DNA of 64,000 bases from an uncultured Azospirillum sp. (GCA_900542055.1 UQMA01000004.1:6955-70954); one strand, 5' to 3'; numbered from the stretch's first letter, positions 18,048-28,678 are shown. Program-made: numbers and translations. The notes: generated from the sequence alone by a model not told the origin.

Positions 18048-19337
18048 ATGTTAAAGCGCTGGTTAGACACTCTTAAAATTTATGCTGATTGCCGAATGTT
18101 AGTAATGATTGGCTTGGGTTTTTCAAGTGGATTTCCTCTGCTTTTGGTTTCAGGCACATTGTCGCTGTGGCTTAAGGATAGTGGTTTGAGCTATGCCTTA
18201 ATAGGCGCATTTGCTCTGGTTAAAAGCCCATACAGTTTTAAATGGGCTTGGTCGCCTCTGATTGATCGTATACGGCTGCCTTTATTCAGTCGACTTGGTC
18301 GTCGTCGGGGATGGGCTTTGTTTACGCAAATTTGTTTGATGATTTCTTTGCTGTCGATGTCGCGTTTAACGCCATCGGTTGAAAATATGCATCTTATGGC
18401 TTTGGTTGCAATGTCGGTTGTGTTTTGCTCAGCATCTCAGGACATCGTAGTTGATTCTTTCCGTATTGACAGTTTTAATGATAAAGAACAAGGCGCCGGT
18501 TCAGCCGTATTTGTTTTGGGCTATCGTATAGGAATGATATTTTCCGGAGCTTTTGCTTTATTGCTTGCCGATTATATGAGCTGGAACAGAGTCTATATGA
18601 TAATGTCTGTCGGAGCTGTTGTCGGTATGATTACCGTTATTTTTTCGCGGGAGCCTGAAAAAGATAGTTCTTATCATGAACCTTCAGCCGCAAGATTGCC
18701 TTTTTATCCGAGATTAAAACGCTTTTTAAAGCGTTCGATAGTTGCTCCTTTTATTGATTTTATGGGACACCGCGGGTGGGGATTAATATTAATTTTTATT
18801 TTGCTTTATCGGTTGAGTGATGATTATAAAGCGCCGATGGCCAATGTTTTTTATGACGACATGGGTTTTACAAAAGCTCAAATCGGATATGCTTCCAAAA
18901 TATATGGTATGATAGCTACGATTATCGGAGGTTTGGTTGGCGGACTGATTGTCGGACGCAAAGGTTTGAAATACAGCCTGATGTTGGCGGGAATTCTGCA
19001 GGGGGTGACCAATCTTGTTTATGTTGCGCAAGCCATGATGGGCAATAATATTTATATGCTGGGAGTTACGATTTGTGCCGATAATTTGGCCGGCGGAATG
19101 GCAACCACAGCTTTAGTCGCTTATTTGTCATCATTGTGCAGCGTGGCTTATACGGCAACGCAATATGCTTTATTATCATCATTAATGAGCCTGACACGTG
19201 ATGTTTTATCTTCAAGCAGCGGATATGTTGCCGATGCTATGAGTTGGCCGGTTTTCTTTTTTAGTGTGGCTTTGTTGGTTCTTCCTGCATTGTTTCTGCT
19301 TTTTTATATGATAAAAAAAGACATTATCAGAGATTGA
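18048..19337 (+). CDS. ampG: AmpG-family muropeptide MFS transporter
   Basis: 429 aa polytopic protein. The AmpG-type N-terminus reads LGFSSGFPLLLVSGTLSLWLKDSG..K..WSPLIDR. Confidence 0.8.
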   Translation: MLKRWLDTLKIYADCRMLVMIGLGFSSGFPLLLVSGTLSLWLKDSGLSYALIGAFALVKSPYSFKWAWSPLIDRIRLPLFSRLGRRRGWALFTQICLMISLLSMSRLTPSVENMHLMALVAMSVVFCSASQDIVVDSFRIDSFNDKEQGAGSAVFVLGYRIGMIFSGAFALLLADYMSWNRVYMIMSVGAVVGMITVIFSREPEKDSSYHEPSAARLPFYPRLKRFLKRSIVAPFIDFMGHRGWGLILIFILLYRLSDDYKAPMANVFYDDMGFTKAQIGYASKIYGMIATIIGGLVGGLIVGRKGLKYSLMLAGILQGVTNLVYVAQAMMGNNIYMLGVTICADNLAGGMATTALVAYLSSLCSVAYTATQYALLSSLMSLTRDVLSSSSGYVADAMSWPVFFFSVALLVLPALFLLFYMIKKDIIRD

Positions 19338-19415
19338 ATAAAACGTTTATTTATATCTTGCCAAGCATGACTAATTAGGGCATGATGATATATTCAACAA
19401 TAAACGGAAAAAGAT

Positions 19416-20540
19416 ATGTCGCTAAAATTTGATATTTTAAAAACCGTCGGCAAATCGCGCCGCGGACAACTTCATACAAAGCACGGAATTGTAAACACGC
19501 CTGCATTTATGCCGGTGGGGACTTGTGCAACCGTAAAAGCAATGATGCCTGAATCCGTTGCTGCTACCGGAGCAGAAATTTTGCTTGGAAACACATATCA
19601 TTTGATGTTGCGTCCGGGGGCGGATTTAGTCGAAAAAATGGGCGGTTTGCATAAATTTATGAATTGGAATAAACCTATTTTGACAGATTCCGGCGGCTTT
19701 CAGGTTATGAGTTTGAGCGGTTTGCGTAAAATCGGCGAAGATGGGGTGTCTTTTGCTTCGCACATTGACGGCAAACGCTACTTTTTATCACCGGAAGAAT
19801 CTATTAAAATCCAGCATAAACTCGATTCCAATATTACTATGTGTTTTGACGAATGCGTTAAATTACCCGCACCGCACGATAAGGTGGCAAAGTCTATGGA
19901 AATGTCTATGAGATGGGCAAAAAGAAGCAAACAGGCTTTTGTTGATCGTGACGGATATGGAATATTCGGAATTCAGCAAGGGGGAGATTATGAAGACTTG
20001 CGCCGTATTTCAGCACAAAAACTGTGTGAAATAGGTTTTGATGGCTATGCTATCGGGGGGCTTGCCGTAGGAGAAGGGCAAGAAACCATGTTTAAAGTTT
20101 TGGATTATGCTCCGCAAACTTTGCCGGCAGATAAGCCTCGTTATTTGATGGGAGTCGGCCGGCCTGATGATATTGTCGGTGCGGTTTTACGCGGGGTTGA
20201 TATGTTTGACTGTGTTATGCCGACGCGTTCTGGACGAACTTCTCAGGCTTTTACCCGTTTTGGCACAATAAATATCCGCAATGCGCGTCATAAAGAAGAT
20301 CCTCGTCCTTTGGAAGAAGGGTGTGATTGTCCGCTTTGCACTGGTTATTCCCGTGCGTATATTCACCATTTGCAAAAAGCTAATGAAGTTTTGGCGGTTA
20401 TGCTTTTGACCTGGCACAATATACGTTATTATCAACGCTTAATGGCAGGGCTTCGTCAAGCTATTGAAAATGATAATTTAGATGATTTTACGGCTCGTTT
20501 TTATGCTGAGCAAAAACAAGGTGATATTGAGGAGTTATAA
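19416..20540 (+). CDS. tgt: Queuine tRNA-ribosyltransferase (tRNA-guanine transglycosylase)
   Basis: 374 aa. [24 protein letters not shown] and the zinc site CDCPLC..H are present. Confidence 0.95.
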   Translation: MSLKFDILKTVGKSRRGQLHTKHGIVNTPAFMPVGTCATVKAMMPESVAATGAEILLGNTYHLMLRPGADLVEKMGGLHKFMNWNKPILTDSGGFQVMSLSGLRKIGEDGVSFASHIDGKRYFLSPEESIKIQHKLDSNITMCFDECVKLPAPHDKVAKSMEMSMRWAKRSKQAFVDRDGYGIFGIQQGGDYEDLRRISAQKLCEIGFDGYAIGGLAVGEGQETMFKVLDYAPQTLPADKPRYLMGVGRPDDIVGAVLRGVDMFDCVMPTRSGRTSQAFTRFGTINIRNARHKEDPRPLEEGCDCPLCTGYSRAYIHHLQKANEVLAVMLLTWHNIRYYQRLMAGLRQAIENDNLDDFTARFYAEQKQGDIEEL

Positions 20541-20542
20541 CG

Positions 20543-21490
20543 ATGTCTGAAGAAAAAAATAATGAACCGGTTAAGGCTTTTGCCCGTGAAAATTCCAGTG
20601 ATGGCCTGAGAGTGTTCGTAGCCGGCGGCGCTCGCTCAGGTAATGATGATATTTATGTTGAAGAAGCTTACCGTTTAGGCCGACAAATTGTAAAAATGAA
20701 CTTAAAGCTTGATTTTGGTTTATCAAATTCAGGAATTATGGGAGCTGTAGCGCGAGGCGTTGTTGACGGATGGAACAAACAATATTGCGGTGCCGAAACC
20801 AAAAGTCCTATTAATGCGGTGACAACCGACAGCTATTTTTGTTTGTATCCGCAAGATGATAAATTGTTGCAGCAGATTGGCGAAGTTATTTTGGCTAAAA
20901 CTTTGGAGGAAAGAAAACAAAAATTGCTGAAAGCCGATTTTGTGGTTTTTGCTCCGGGGGGAGTTGGAACATTAGATGAATTGGCGTATGACTGTGTTGC
21001 TATGCAGGATGGCTTTTTGGATGTAAAACCTTTTATTCTCTACAATATTGACGGCTTTTTTTATCACTTGCTGGAATATCTTAAACAAATTGCAGCAACA
21101 GCTTTTGCCGAACCTCTGCCATTTATCGTGGTAGACAATTCAAATGAACTTGAAATTGTGTTCAGGCTTTTGAAGTTACGCTATGTCGACAGTCAGGATT
21201 CTAAAATAGCATATAGCAATACGCGTCAGTTGATATATGAAATTCCGTATTTTCTGAAGAAAAAAACAGACAGCAGTATTCATGTTGAAGATTTAATTGC
21301 CGAAATGGATGAAATTCGCGCAAATGGTACGGAAGAACAAAAACATGAGCTCGACAATGAAATAGAACAGGCATATCTTGAAAAAGAAATTGAGCGTATG
21401 TATGAACGATTGGCAAAAACCGGAAGTGATACGGCGGTTGTCAGCGCCAAATTAACTAAACTGAAAAAGAGACGTTTGAAATGGAAGTAA
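20543..21490 (+). CDS. LOG/TIGR00730-family Rossmann-fold protein with a ~100-aa coiled-coil C-terminal extension
   Basis: 315 aa. VFVAGGARSG..SGIMGAVARG and FAPGGVGTLDELAYD match the PGGxGTxxE LOG motif. The K/E-rich helical tail is not typical of short LOG proteins. Confidence 0.65.
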   Translation: MSEEKNNEPVKAFARENSSDGLRVFVAGGARSGNDDIYVEEAYRLGRQIVKMNLKLDFGLSNSGIMGAVARGVVDGWNKQYCGAETKSPINAVTTDSYFCLYPQDDKLLQQIGEVILAKTLEERKQKLLKADFVVFAPGGVGTLDELAYDCVAMQDGFLDVKPFILYNIDGFFYHLLEYLKQIAATAFAEPLPFIVVDNSNELEIVFRLLKLRYVDSQDSKIAYSNTRQLIYEIPYFLKKKTDSSIHVEDLIAEMDEIRANGTEEQKHELDNEIEQAYLEKEIERMYERLAKTGSDTAVVSAKLTKLKKRRLKWK

Positions 21491-23265
21491 AAAAAATTCC
21501 TAATTCTGTTTGGAGTTTTTTATGGCATTATTTGTCGGCGCAGCGGATTTTGTTTTTCAGCATTGTGGCGACAATCGTTTTGAGCGAACTGCTTATGCGT
21601 GTTTCCCTTTATTTTGCTGCGCAAATTGTGGAAGCCATATCTTCTTCTCAAGCAACAAAAGCAAATCTTGTGTTTGGTGTCTTATCGGCTTTTTGGGCGT
21701 CGCTGGCGCTGCTGCTGAAAAGTTTGGTGCAAAATGGAACGGTTTTTGTTGAAGCTCGTTTTATGCCGAATTGTGTTGTTCGGATATCAAAAGATTTATT
21801 TGCTTATGTTCATCAGCACTCAACGGCTTTTTTTGCCGAAGAAATGGCTGGTAATATTTCTGGAAAAGTTAAAACGATTATCGACAGTATATATCCGGCT
21901 TTTTATAATTTGCTTTGGGGATTTTTTTCGCCGTTGGTTGCAATGGTGATTACTTTTTTCTTTATTTTTAAAATAAATTTTCAATTGTCTTTGTTATTGA
22001 TAAGCCTGAATTTATTTTTAATCTATATTATTTACAAGCTTTCAAAAACCATGGTCCCTGTTTCGGAAAAAAGAGCAAAAACAATGTCCGAAGCTAACGG
22101 TGTGTTAGTGGACAGCATTACCAATGCCGGAATAGTCAAAAATTTCAGCCGTTACTATTTTGAGAAAAAATATTATTTTCGTTATATGCGCATTGCAGCC
22201 GAAGCGGACAGAGCTGAAACCAAAAAATTCGGTATGGTCTTTATTTGGCAAAATTTGTTACGTTCGGCTTTACAGATTTTATTTTATTTGCTGCCGATTT
22301 GGTATTGGTATATAGGCGAAATCAATGTGTCCGATTTTGTGCTTATTCAATCTCTGATAGCAATTTTAAATAATACGTTTAATATGTTATCGATGAACTT
22401 TATGCAATTTTTCAAATTATACGGCAGTTTGCGCGATGGTTTGGCGTTGTTGTCAAAACCCTGCGATGTCGTTGATTGTCCCCGCGCTCAAAAGTTAAAA
22501 GTTTCTGCCGGAGAAATTGTCTTTGATAATATTTGTTATCATTATAAACATACCAATCCTTTGTTTGAAGATTTTAGTTTATTAATTCACTCTGGTGAAA
22601 AAGTCGGATTGGTTGGACACTCAGGATCGGGAAAATCAACATTGGTTCGTTTGTTGTCGCGTTATTATGATATTCAGAAAGGCACAATTTCAATAGACGG
22701 ACAGAATATTGCTAAAGTGCGACAAGACAGTATTCGTCAGCAAATAGCTTTAATACCTCAGGAACCTGGGCTTTTCAACCGCAGTATTATGGATAATATT
22801 CGTTACGGAAAGCCTGATGCTTCGGATGAGGATGTTTATAAAGCGGCAAAAATGGCTCGCATTCATGATTTTATAATCGGATTGCCTAAAGGTTATGAAA
22901 CAGCAGTCGGAGAGCGCGGTTTAATGCTTTCGGGCGGACAGCGGCAGCGCATAGCCATTGCGCGGGCGATTTTGAAAGATGCGCCGATTTTGATTTTGGA
23001 TGAAGCGACATCGGCGTTGGACAGCGAAAGCGAAAAATATATTCAGGATTCATTAAAAGAACTTATGCGCGGAAAAACAGTTATAGCCATTGCGCACAGG
23101 CTTTCAACATTGAAAGAAATGGATAGAATTGTTGTTATGGATAATGGCAAAATTGTTGAATCTGGAACTCATTCTGAACTTTTAGCCAAACAAGGAACAT
23201 ATTACGGCTTTTATAAAATGCAGTCTTCTGGTTTTATGGATAGCGATTCCACAAATATTAACTAA
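21481..23265 (+). CDS. ABC exporter, fused permease/ATPase (MsbA/type-I exporter fold)
   Basis: 594 aa with six N-terminal TM segments. Walker A reads GHSGSGKST, the signature reads LSGGQRQR, and Walker B reads ILILDEATSALD. Confidence 0.85.
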   Translation: MEVKKIPNSVWSFLWHYLSAQRILFFSIVATIVLSELLMRVSLYFAAQIVEAISSSQATKANLVFGVLSAFWASLALLLKSLVQNGTVFVEARFMPNCVVRISKDLFAYVHQHSTAFFAEEMAGNISGKVKTIIDSIYPAFYNLLWGFFSPLVAMVITFFFIFKINFQLSLLLISLNLFLIYIIYKLSKTMVPVSEKRAKTMSEANGVLVDSITNAGIVKNFSRYYFEKKYYFRYMRIAAEADRAETKKFGMVFIWQNLLRSALQILFYLLPIWYWYIGEINVSDFVLIQSLIAILNNTFNMLSMNFMQFFKLYGSLRDGLALLSKPCDVVDCPRAQKLKVSAGEIVFDNICYHYKHTNPLFEDFSLLIHSGEKVGLVGHSGSGKSTLVRLLSRYYDIQKGTISIDGQNIAKVRQDSIRQQIALIPQEPGLFNRSIMDNIRYGKPDASDEDVYKAAKMARIHDFIIGLPKGYETAVGERGLMLSGGQRQRIAIARAILKDAPILILDEATSALDSESEKYIQDSLKELMRGKTVIAIAHRLSTLKEMDRIVVMDNGKIVESGTHSELLAKQGTYYGFYKMQSSGFMDSDSTNIN

Positions 23266-23332
23266 AAATTTAACCTGTTGCTTTTATTGTAAAATTAATT
23301 AATCGGAATAATTAAATTTTTAAGGCAATACT

Positions 23333-24565
23333 ATGTTAAATTATATTTGGGCGTTTTTCTTTGTGGCAACCTATGTCGGGGCGCTATTTCAAAGTTTTGC
23401 TTTAGGCAATATGGATATTTGGAATAATTTGGCAGAAGAAACGTTTAGTTCTGCAAAATCAGCTTTTCTTATTGCTCTTAATTTAACAGGAATTTTATGT
23501 TTTTGGCTGGGAATGATGAAAATTGCTGAAAAATCTGGTATTACCGGTTATTTAGCTCGCGGCCTTTACCCTCTTTTTAATAAAATTATGCCGGGGATAT
23601 CCAAAAATTCTCCGGCTTTGGGTTCAATTGTAATGAATATTGCCGCCAATATATTGGGGTTGGATAATGCAGCTACTCCGATGGGAATTAAAGCTATGGA
23701 GCAATTGCAAGCTGATAACCGTCATAAAACCGCGGCTTCTAATGCGCAAATTTTGTTTATGGTTATCAATTCTTCCTCCGTAACATTAATTCCGATGACT
23801 ATTTTAATGTACCGGAGTGAACTTGGAAGTTCAAACCCCGGAGCTGTTTTTCTGCCGATTTTGTTTGCAACTTCAATTTCAACTTTGGTTGGCTTTTTAA
23901 GCGTGGCTATCGTACAGAAAATTAATTTATTTAATCGAGTCATACTTACTTATGGCGTAATATTTATCAGTATAATTCTTTTTATGGCGGTCGGTTTTGC
24001 TTTTTTAGGCTCAGAAGTGCGCAACAGTGTGGCTTCTGATTTAGGAAATTTTATTCTGATTTCGATTATTGCCGCATTTGTACTCTGCGGATTATTCCGT
24101 AAAGTTAATGTTTATGATGAATTTGTCAGCGGTGCCAAAGAAGGTTTTAATTTGGCTATTTCGATAATTCCTTATTTGGTTGCAATGTTGGTGGGAATTT
24201 CTCTGTTTCGTGTTTCTGGGATCTTAGATTTATTTATTCTGGGAATTGAAAAGATAATTTTATTTTTCAACATAAACGCTGATTTTGTACCCGCGCTGCC
24301 TACGGCATTGCTTAAACCTTTATCAGGAAGCGGCGCGCGTGCAATGATGATTGAAACTATGCAAACTTATGGAGCTGACAGCTTTCCGGCTTTTGTTGCT
24401 TCGGTTGTTCAAGGTTCAACCGAAACCACGTTTTATGTTCTTGCGGTTTATTTCGGGGCAATCAAAATCAGCAATACCCGCCATGCTCTGCCTTGTGCGC
24501 TTTTAGCAGATGCGGCAGGTATAATCTCAGCGATATTATTAAGTTATTGGTTTTATGTCGGCTGA
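23333..24565 (+). CDS. Nucleoside-recognition-domain membrane protein (fused SpmA/SpmB-like)
   Basis: 410 aa polytopic protein. It has the MLNYIWAFFF.. N-terminus and the NILGLDNAATPMG motif typical of SpmA/Gate-domain proteins. Confidence 0.7.
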   Translation: MLNYIWAFFFVATYVGALFQSFALGNMDIWNNLAEETFSSAKSAFLIALNLTGILCFWLGMMKIAEKSGITGYLARGLYPLFNKIMPGISKNSPALGSIVMNIAANILGLDNAATPMGIKAMEQLQADNRHKTAASNAQILFMVINSSSVTLIPMTILMYRSELGSSNPGAVFLPILFATSISTLVGFLSVAIVQKINLFNRVILTYGVIFISIILFMAVGFAFLGSEVRNSVASDLGNFILISIIAAFVLCGLFRKVNVYDEFVSGAKEGFNLAISIIPYLVAMLVGISLFRVSGILDLFILGIEKIILFFNINADFVPALPTALLKPLSGSGARAMMIETMQTYGADSFPAFVASVVQGSTETTFYVLAVYFGAIKISNTRHALPCALLADAAGIISAILLSYWFYVG

Positions 24566-24566
24566 C

Positions 24567-24597
24567 CTAAAAATTACTTTTTCCAAGTAATTTTTAG
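24567..24597. terminator. 13-bp inverted repeat between convergent genes (candidate bidirectional terminator)
   Basis: CTAAAAATTACTT-tttcc-AAGTAATTTTTAG lies between the spmAB-like stop (24565) and the thioesterase 3' end, overlapping its last codons. The stem is AT-rich, so its strength is uncertain. Confidence 0.45.
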
Positions 24598-25308
24598 CCG
24601 TGCAACTTCGCGTCTGTCATCTCCGGCAATCAAACTATGCAGGGAAATATTTTCATCGATTTGGGTGTCCGATTCGATATTTTCACCGTAAAGGCTTTCT
24701 TTTTTGAATGCTATTTCGATTTCTTCCGGCTGATGTGTCAAACGAAAGTCGTTGGTTACACTTTCTGTTGCCCATAAAGGATAGACAGCATTGTTAACGT
24801 GTTTGTTAACATCAATATCATCGTAACGGACTTCAAAAATTTTCTGAACATCATTTCTTTGTAAAGATTCTATTTTCGGAAAATCAGAGTCTAAAGCCCG
24901 TTCTTCGATAGGTTGATAATCTGGCAAATTATCGCGTAAAGACACCGGACGTTTTTTGGCAAAATCAATTAAAACCCATTGGCTGGAAGCTCTGATGATT
25001 ATATTTTGCTGTTCATCTCTGACTTCAAAATCTCTGATAGCGCTTATTTTTTTCTCTGCCGACGGCCATGTACAGACAGTTATTTGCTCATGCCAGGCCG
25101 GCATTCGTTCAATTTTTATGTGATAATTAGATCCTACCCAAGCCAGTCCGTGTTGCAGGCAATGTTCAATGCCTATTCCCAAAAGAGAAGCATGAGAATC
25201 GGCAACATCCTGAAATATATTCATCAAAGCCACAATCCGTAAAGTTCCATTGCGGTCGCATTCATAACTGCGAAGCTTATATTCCCGAATAAATTTGCCG
25301 ATTTCCAT
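24574..25308 (-). CDS. Acyl-ACP thioesterase (FatA/B-like, double hotdog)
   Basis: 244 aa. YKLRSYECDRNG.., LGIG..HGLAWV, TWPS..K....RDFEV.D, WVLIDF..RRP-like and DIDVNKHVNNAVYPLW are present. Confidence 0.75.
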   Translation of the reverse strand: MEIGKFIREYKLRSYECDRNGTLRIVALMNIFQDVADSHASLLGIGIEHCLQHGLAWVGSNYHIKIERMPAWHEQITVCTWPSAEKKISAIRDFEVRDEQQNIIIRASSQWVLIDFAKKRPVSLRDNLPDYQPIEERALDSDFPKIESLQRNDVQKIFEVRYDDIDVNKHVNNAVYPLWATESVTNDFRLTHQPEEIEIAFKKESLYGENIESDTQIDENISLHSLIAGDDRREVARLKITWKK

Positions 25309-25314
25309 AAAAAA

Positions 25315-25980
25315 TTAACCTCTTAAAGAAAGCTTGATTTCTCGTTCGTCTTTATCATTGTTAAACCAACGGGAAAACCATCCGCGATTGTCTTTTATGA
25401 CCAAAAAATTAGAAGCATATTGAGCAATATTCTGTTCTTGTATTGCTTTTATATTATCTATAGCTGCCAACAGTTTTGTCTTATAGCGTTTGGCTTTACT
25501 TGGACGTTTTGAGTGATAATCGGTTGCTGCTTTCAACCAATCTCCACGTGTTTCATGGCGTTTTTTCAGGTAATGTGCGGCAACTTCAACGTTTTTATTT
25601 GGATCAAAAGCTTCTTCCAAATTTGCAAATTTTTTGCCGTGAAAACGCAGATTTACCTGCATGCAGCCGACATCAATGCTTTTATATCCGCGTCGCTGCC
25701 AATCTTTAACCGCTGCGATGGCTTCAGCTTTGGTTTTATAGAAATATCCCCTTCCTTTGACATTAACAGTCCAAGGCCAAGCGGTCTTTTGTTGTAAACG
25801 CTGATTCCATCTTCCTGTTTCAACGGTAGATATAGAAGTCAGTAAATGTTTTTGAATCTGATATTCTTCTTCAGCTTTTAATGTCGCGTTAAGGCATATT
25901 AAATCTTCATCGACAATAGCAGTTTCCTGCGCTTTTGCCGGCATAGGCTGAAATAACATCAGCAATATAAGAAAAATCAT
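25315..25980 (-). CDS. Lytic transglycosylase (SLT-domain) with signal peptide
   Basis: 221 aa. ISTVETGRWN carries the catalytic Glu context. WPWTVNVKGRGYFY and IDVGCMQVNLRFHG are typical of the alphaproteobacterial SLT-domain family. Confidence 0.75.
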   Translation of the reverse strand: MIFLILLMLFQPMPAKAQETAIVDEDLICLNATLKAEEEYQIQKHLLTSISTVETGRWNQRLQQKTAWPWTVNVKGRGYFYKTKAEAIAAVKDWQRRGYKSIDVGCMQVNLRFHGKKFANLEEAFDPNKNVEVAAHYLKKRHETRGDWLKAATDYHSKRPSKAKRYKTKLLAAIDNIKAIQEQNIAQYASNFLVIKDNRGWFSRWFNNDKDEREIKLSLRG

Positions 25981-26172
25981 TAATTGTTTTGATACTTATA
26001 AAATAAAAAGTATCCCTCTGTTTCCCCGAACTGCCACAGTTATCCCCCGCAATCGGCGGTTTCAATCTGCTTAAGGCCATACCTGATAAAAATTCAGGGG
26101 CAGGTTATTAAAATAAACTCGGCTTTCTTTACAGCCACTAAATTATTAAAAACAGAAACGCTTATAACACAA

Positions 26173-27057
26173 CTATTTTTTAAAATCCAGCAAAAAATTA
26201 GCCAAACCGGTTACACTTTGACAAATGTCTGAGCTAATATATTGAAAATTAGCATTTTTTTCATGAGAAGACTCGTCTTCATAAATTCCGCGGTTGATTT
26301 CCATTTGCAGGGTGTGAACATTTTTGCGCGGTTGACAGTAATTAAAACTGATATATGCTCCCGAATATGGACAGTCCAAACTCACATTGTATTTTTCCCC
26401 GAGTTCCTGGTTCATATATTCAATAATTTCCGATGGACAACTTTGTTCAAACAGTGTTCCTAAGCAAAATTCTATTTGTCGGTTGTCTTGCATAATGTTG
26501 CATATTTTAGAAGGCATGGAATGACAATCTAATACTAAGCAAAATCCAAAGTTCTTGACAGTATGGTCAACCATTTTTTGTAAAGCGCGGTGATACACAT
26601 TATAAACATTTTTAATTCTAGCCTGCGCTTCATTATAGTTTAATAAACCATTATATATATTTTTACGCTCGGAAGTAATGCGGTGCAGCAGTCCTAAACC
26701 GACGCGGCAGCGTTTGTTTCCGACGACTACATCGCTTTCGGGGTAATTATAAAACATAGACGGATCAATTTCGATGGCGTCGCGGTTGACATCTATGAAA
26801 GCACGGCCGATATTCAGCGAAACCATGGGAATGCCGCAGTTAGAGGCATCCATCAGCAATTCATCAACAAAAGGATCTTCGTTAGAGCGGAGTTCGTTCA
26901 CACTTACGCAGACGTTATCAATAAATTCTTTCGGGAAAGACTGTCCGCTGTGCGGAACTGACAAGACCAACGGATAGCGTTGGTTTTTGGTGTTATATTC
27001 GCTTATGATATCTAACTTGGAATAGTCTATTTGAAAGTCCAAATGTTTTTCGCTCAT
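26173..27057 (-). CDS. N-formylglutamate amidohydrolase family protein
   Basis: The start is taken at MSEKHLDF (ATG 27057, AAAGGAAAAG SD). PLVLSVPHSGQSFP and LVLDCHSMPS are FGase (PF05013) signatures. Confidence 0.75.
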   Translation of the reverse strand: MSEKHLDFQIDYSKLDIISEYNTKNQRYPLVLSVPHSGQSFPKEFIDNVCVSVNELRSNEDPFVDELLMDASNCGIPMVSLNIGRAFIDVNRDAIEIDPSMFYNYPESDVVVGNKRCRVGLGLLHRITSERKNIYNGLLNYNEAQARIKNVYNVYHRALQKMVDHTVKNFGFCLVLDCHSMPSKICNIMQDNRQIEFCLGTLFEQSCPSEIIEYMNQELGEKYNVSLDCPYSGAYISFNYCQPRKNVHTLQMEINRGIYEDESSHEKNANFQYISSDICQSVTGLANFLLDFKK

Positions 27058-27168
27058 ATCTTTTCCTTTGTTGTGGATATAATTTATACTAATCAACAAA
27101 GATTAAATTTTTAATAACAAATTTCTTGCCAAATAAAAACAAATACTGTAAAAGCATATACAAATATT

Positions 27169-27244
<76 letters not shown>

Positions 27245-27247
27245 ATT

Positions 27248-27290
27248 AAAAAAGCTTTCTGAATTTTGAAATTCGGAAAGCTTTTTCTTT
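27248..27290. terminator. Bidirectional rho-independent terminator between tRNA-Val and the 413-aa ORF
   Basis: aaaAAGCTTTCTGAATT-tt-gAAATTCGGAAAGCTTtttcttt: a stem of about 13 bp flanked by an A-run and a T-run. It could terminate both the tRNA (+) and the gene ending at 27302 (-). Confidence 0.65.
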
Positions 27291-27301
27291 TGTTGATAAA
27301 A

Positions 27302-28543
27302 TTAACGTCTGTTTTTATGCAGTCCGCGCCGTTTGTTGCAATCAATCCTGCATTTTGAATATAAAACGCGTTGTTTACGAATTTGATCGTTAACGTTTTT
27401 CTTATCTAAAAACATTTCAATGCTTCCGAGTTTGTTAAGGTTTATTGAGGATTTTTGCTGCGCTTCGGTTTCGATAATTTTGCAAATTTCATCTGCTTTT
27501 TTAGGGCAATCAAAAGGCTGGGTGCGAAAACCATATTCATACATGGCTGAATGTTCATCCCAGTCAGCTTCAATTTGCAAACGTGGACAGTCATAATAGC
27601 GTCCGGCTTCCAAGGCAATTTGGAATAATATGTTGACAATTTCCGTTTCATCAAAGCAATCGTTGTTGCATATTGACCAATATTCGGCGAATGTTTTATC
27701 AAGAAAATGCTCTTTTCCATAGCGTGAAAAAACAGACCATTCGGGATAGGTGCCAAAATTACTTATAAACTTTCCGTCTTTCCAATAGAAATAGTTAAGA
27801 ACAATATTGCCGAGAACAAGTTTTTTGCGTCCTCTCGCCGCCGGACGGCACAGAGTGTAAATTTCGGCTTCTGTATCGCAGTCGTTGCGATAAACCGTAA
27901 CACTTTCTTTGGTGCGGCTGTGGTGGTTAAACAAAGTTGTTTTTCCAACTCTCGATTCTCCGGCAGCAATTTTAGATAAATCGAGGATTTTTTCAGAAAA
28001 AGAATTGTATTTTTCTTCTAAAATGTTTGTTGGCAAATACATTGGCAAACAGCCGAGTTTAAGGATTTCACGCATATTGTTTTGAGCTAAAGAATAGTCG
28101 CATTTTGCCGCATTAACTTTAAGTTGATCGCAAGGAAAATATCCGTTGTGATAATGGTGCAATATGCTGTTCCAGCTGGCTATAAGTTCGATTCTGTCGC
28201 AATTGAGGTCGAACATACGATCAATGAGAATTTGCGATAAAATATGTCCGATGTGATAATGGCTGTCAATGCTGCCCAATAAAGGAACATTTAAGCAGCT
28301 GCCTTCTTTATATAATAAACAATAGCCCACCACGTGTTTTTTGCGGATAACCACTTTATAGAGTTCGCATTTTGTTTCCATTTCATCATCAAACCGGCTG
28401 TTCGGGCACAAATATATACGCGCGATGGTCTTAAAACGTCCATCTTTTGAGCAGATTTTGGTTTTGCCGGCTAAATGTTTTTTTATGCATAGATTTTCAA
28501 TATCAATCGGTTTGATAAGTATTTGTTTATTTTGCTTTATCAT
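27302..28543 (-). CDS. Cys-rich ORFan (413 aa): two GNAT-like half-domains flanking a Walker-A-like motif
   Basis: A long clean ORF. The internal duplication aligns ELYKVV..GYCLLYKEG..HIGHILSQILIDRMFDLNCDRIELIASWNSILHHYHNGYF..LGCLPMYL with EIYTLC..NYFYWKDG..EIVNILFQIALEAGRYYDCPRLQIEADWDEHSAMYEYGF..LGSIEMFL. GESRVGKT sits at aa 195-202 (nt 27938-27961). There are about 19 Cys. The basic tail reads CNKRRGLHKNRR. Confidence 0.6.
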   Translation of the reverse strand: MIKQNKQILIKPIDIENLCIKKHLAGKTKICSKDGRFKTIARIYLCPNSRFDDEMETKCELYKVVIRKKHVVGYCLLYKEGSCLNVPLLGSIDSHYHIGHILSQILIDRMFDLNCDRIELIASWNSILHHYHNGYFPCDQLKVNAAKCDYSLAQNNMREILKLGCLPMYLPTNILEEKYNSFSEKILDLSKIAAGESRVGKTTLFNHHSRTKESVTVYRNDCDTEAEIYTLCRPAARGRKKLVLGNIVLNYFYWKDGKFISNFGTYPEWSVFSRYGKEHFLDKTFAEYWSICNNDCFDETEIVNILFQIALEAGRYYDCPRLQIEADWDEHSAMYEYGFRTQPFDCPKKADEICKIIETEAQQKSSINLNKLGSIEMFLDKKNVNDQIRKQRVLYSKCRIDCNKRRGLHKNRR

Positions 28544-28678
28544 AAAAAGTCCATGTTATTAACGATAATTATGTATAACACATTTTGAGTTATAATAAAT
28601 ATTTTTTTGAAAAGATATTGACTATCAAATTATTAATGTTAAAAATGCCTTAATTTTTTTAATTTAGGAGATAAAAAA

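Noticed and set aside
26041-26130. 28-aa minus-strand mini-ORF (MALSRLKPPIAGDNCGSSGKQRDTFYFI) in the SLT leader
   Set aside because: The only SD-like AGG is 2 nt from the ATG, which is too close. The region is more likely RNA structure than coding.
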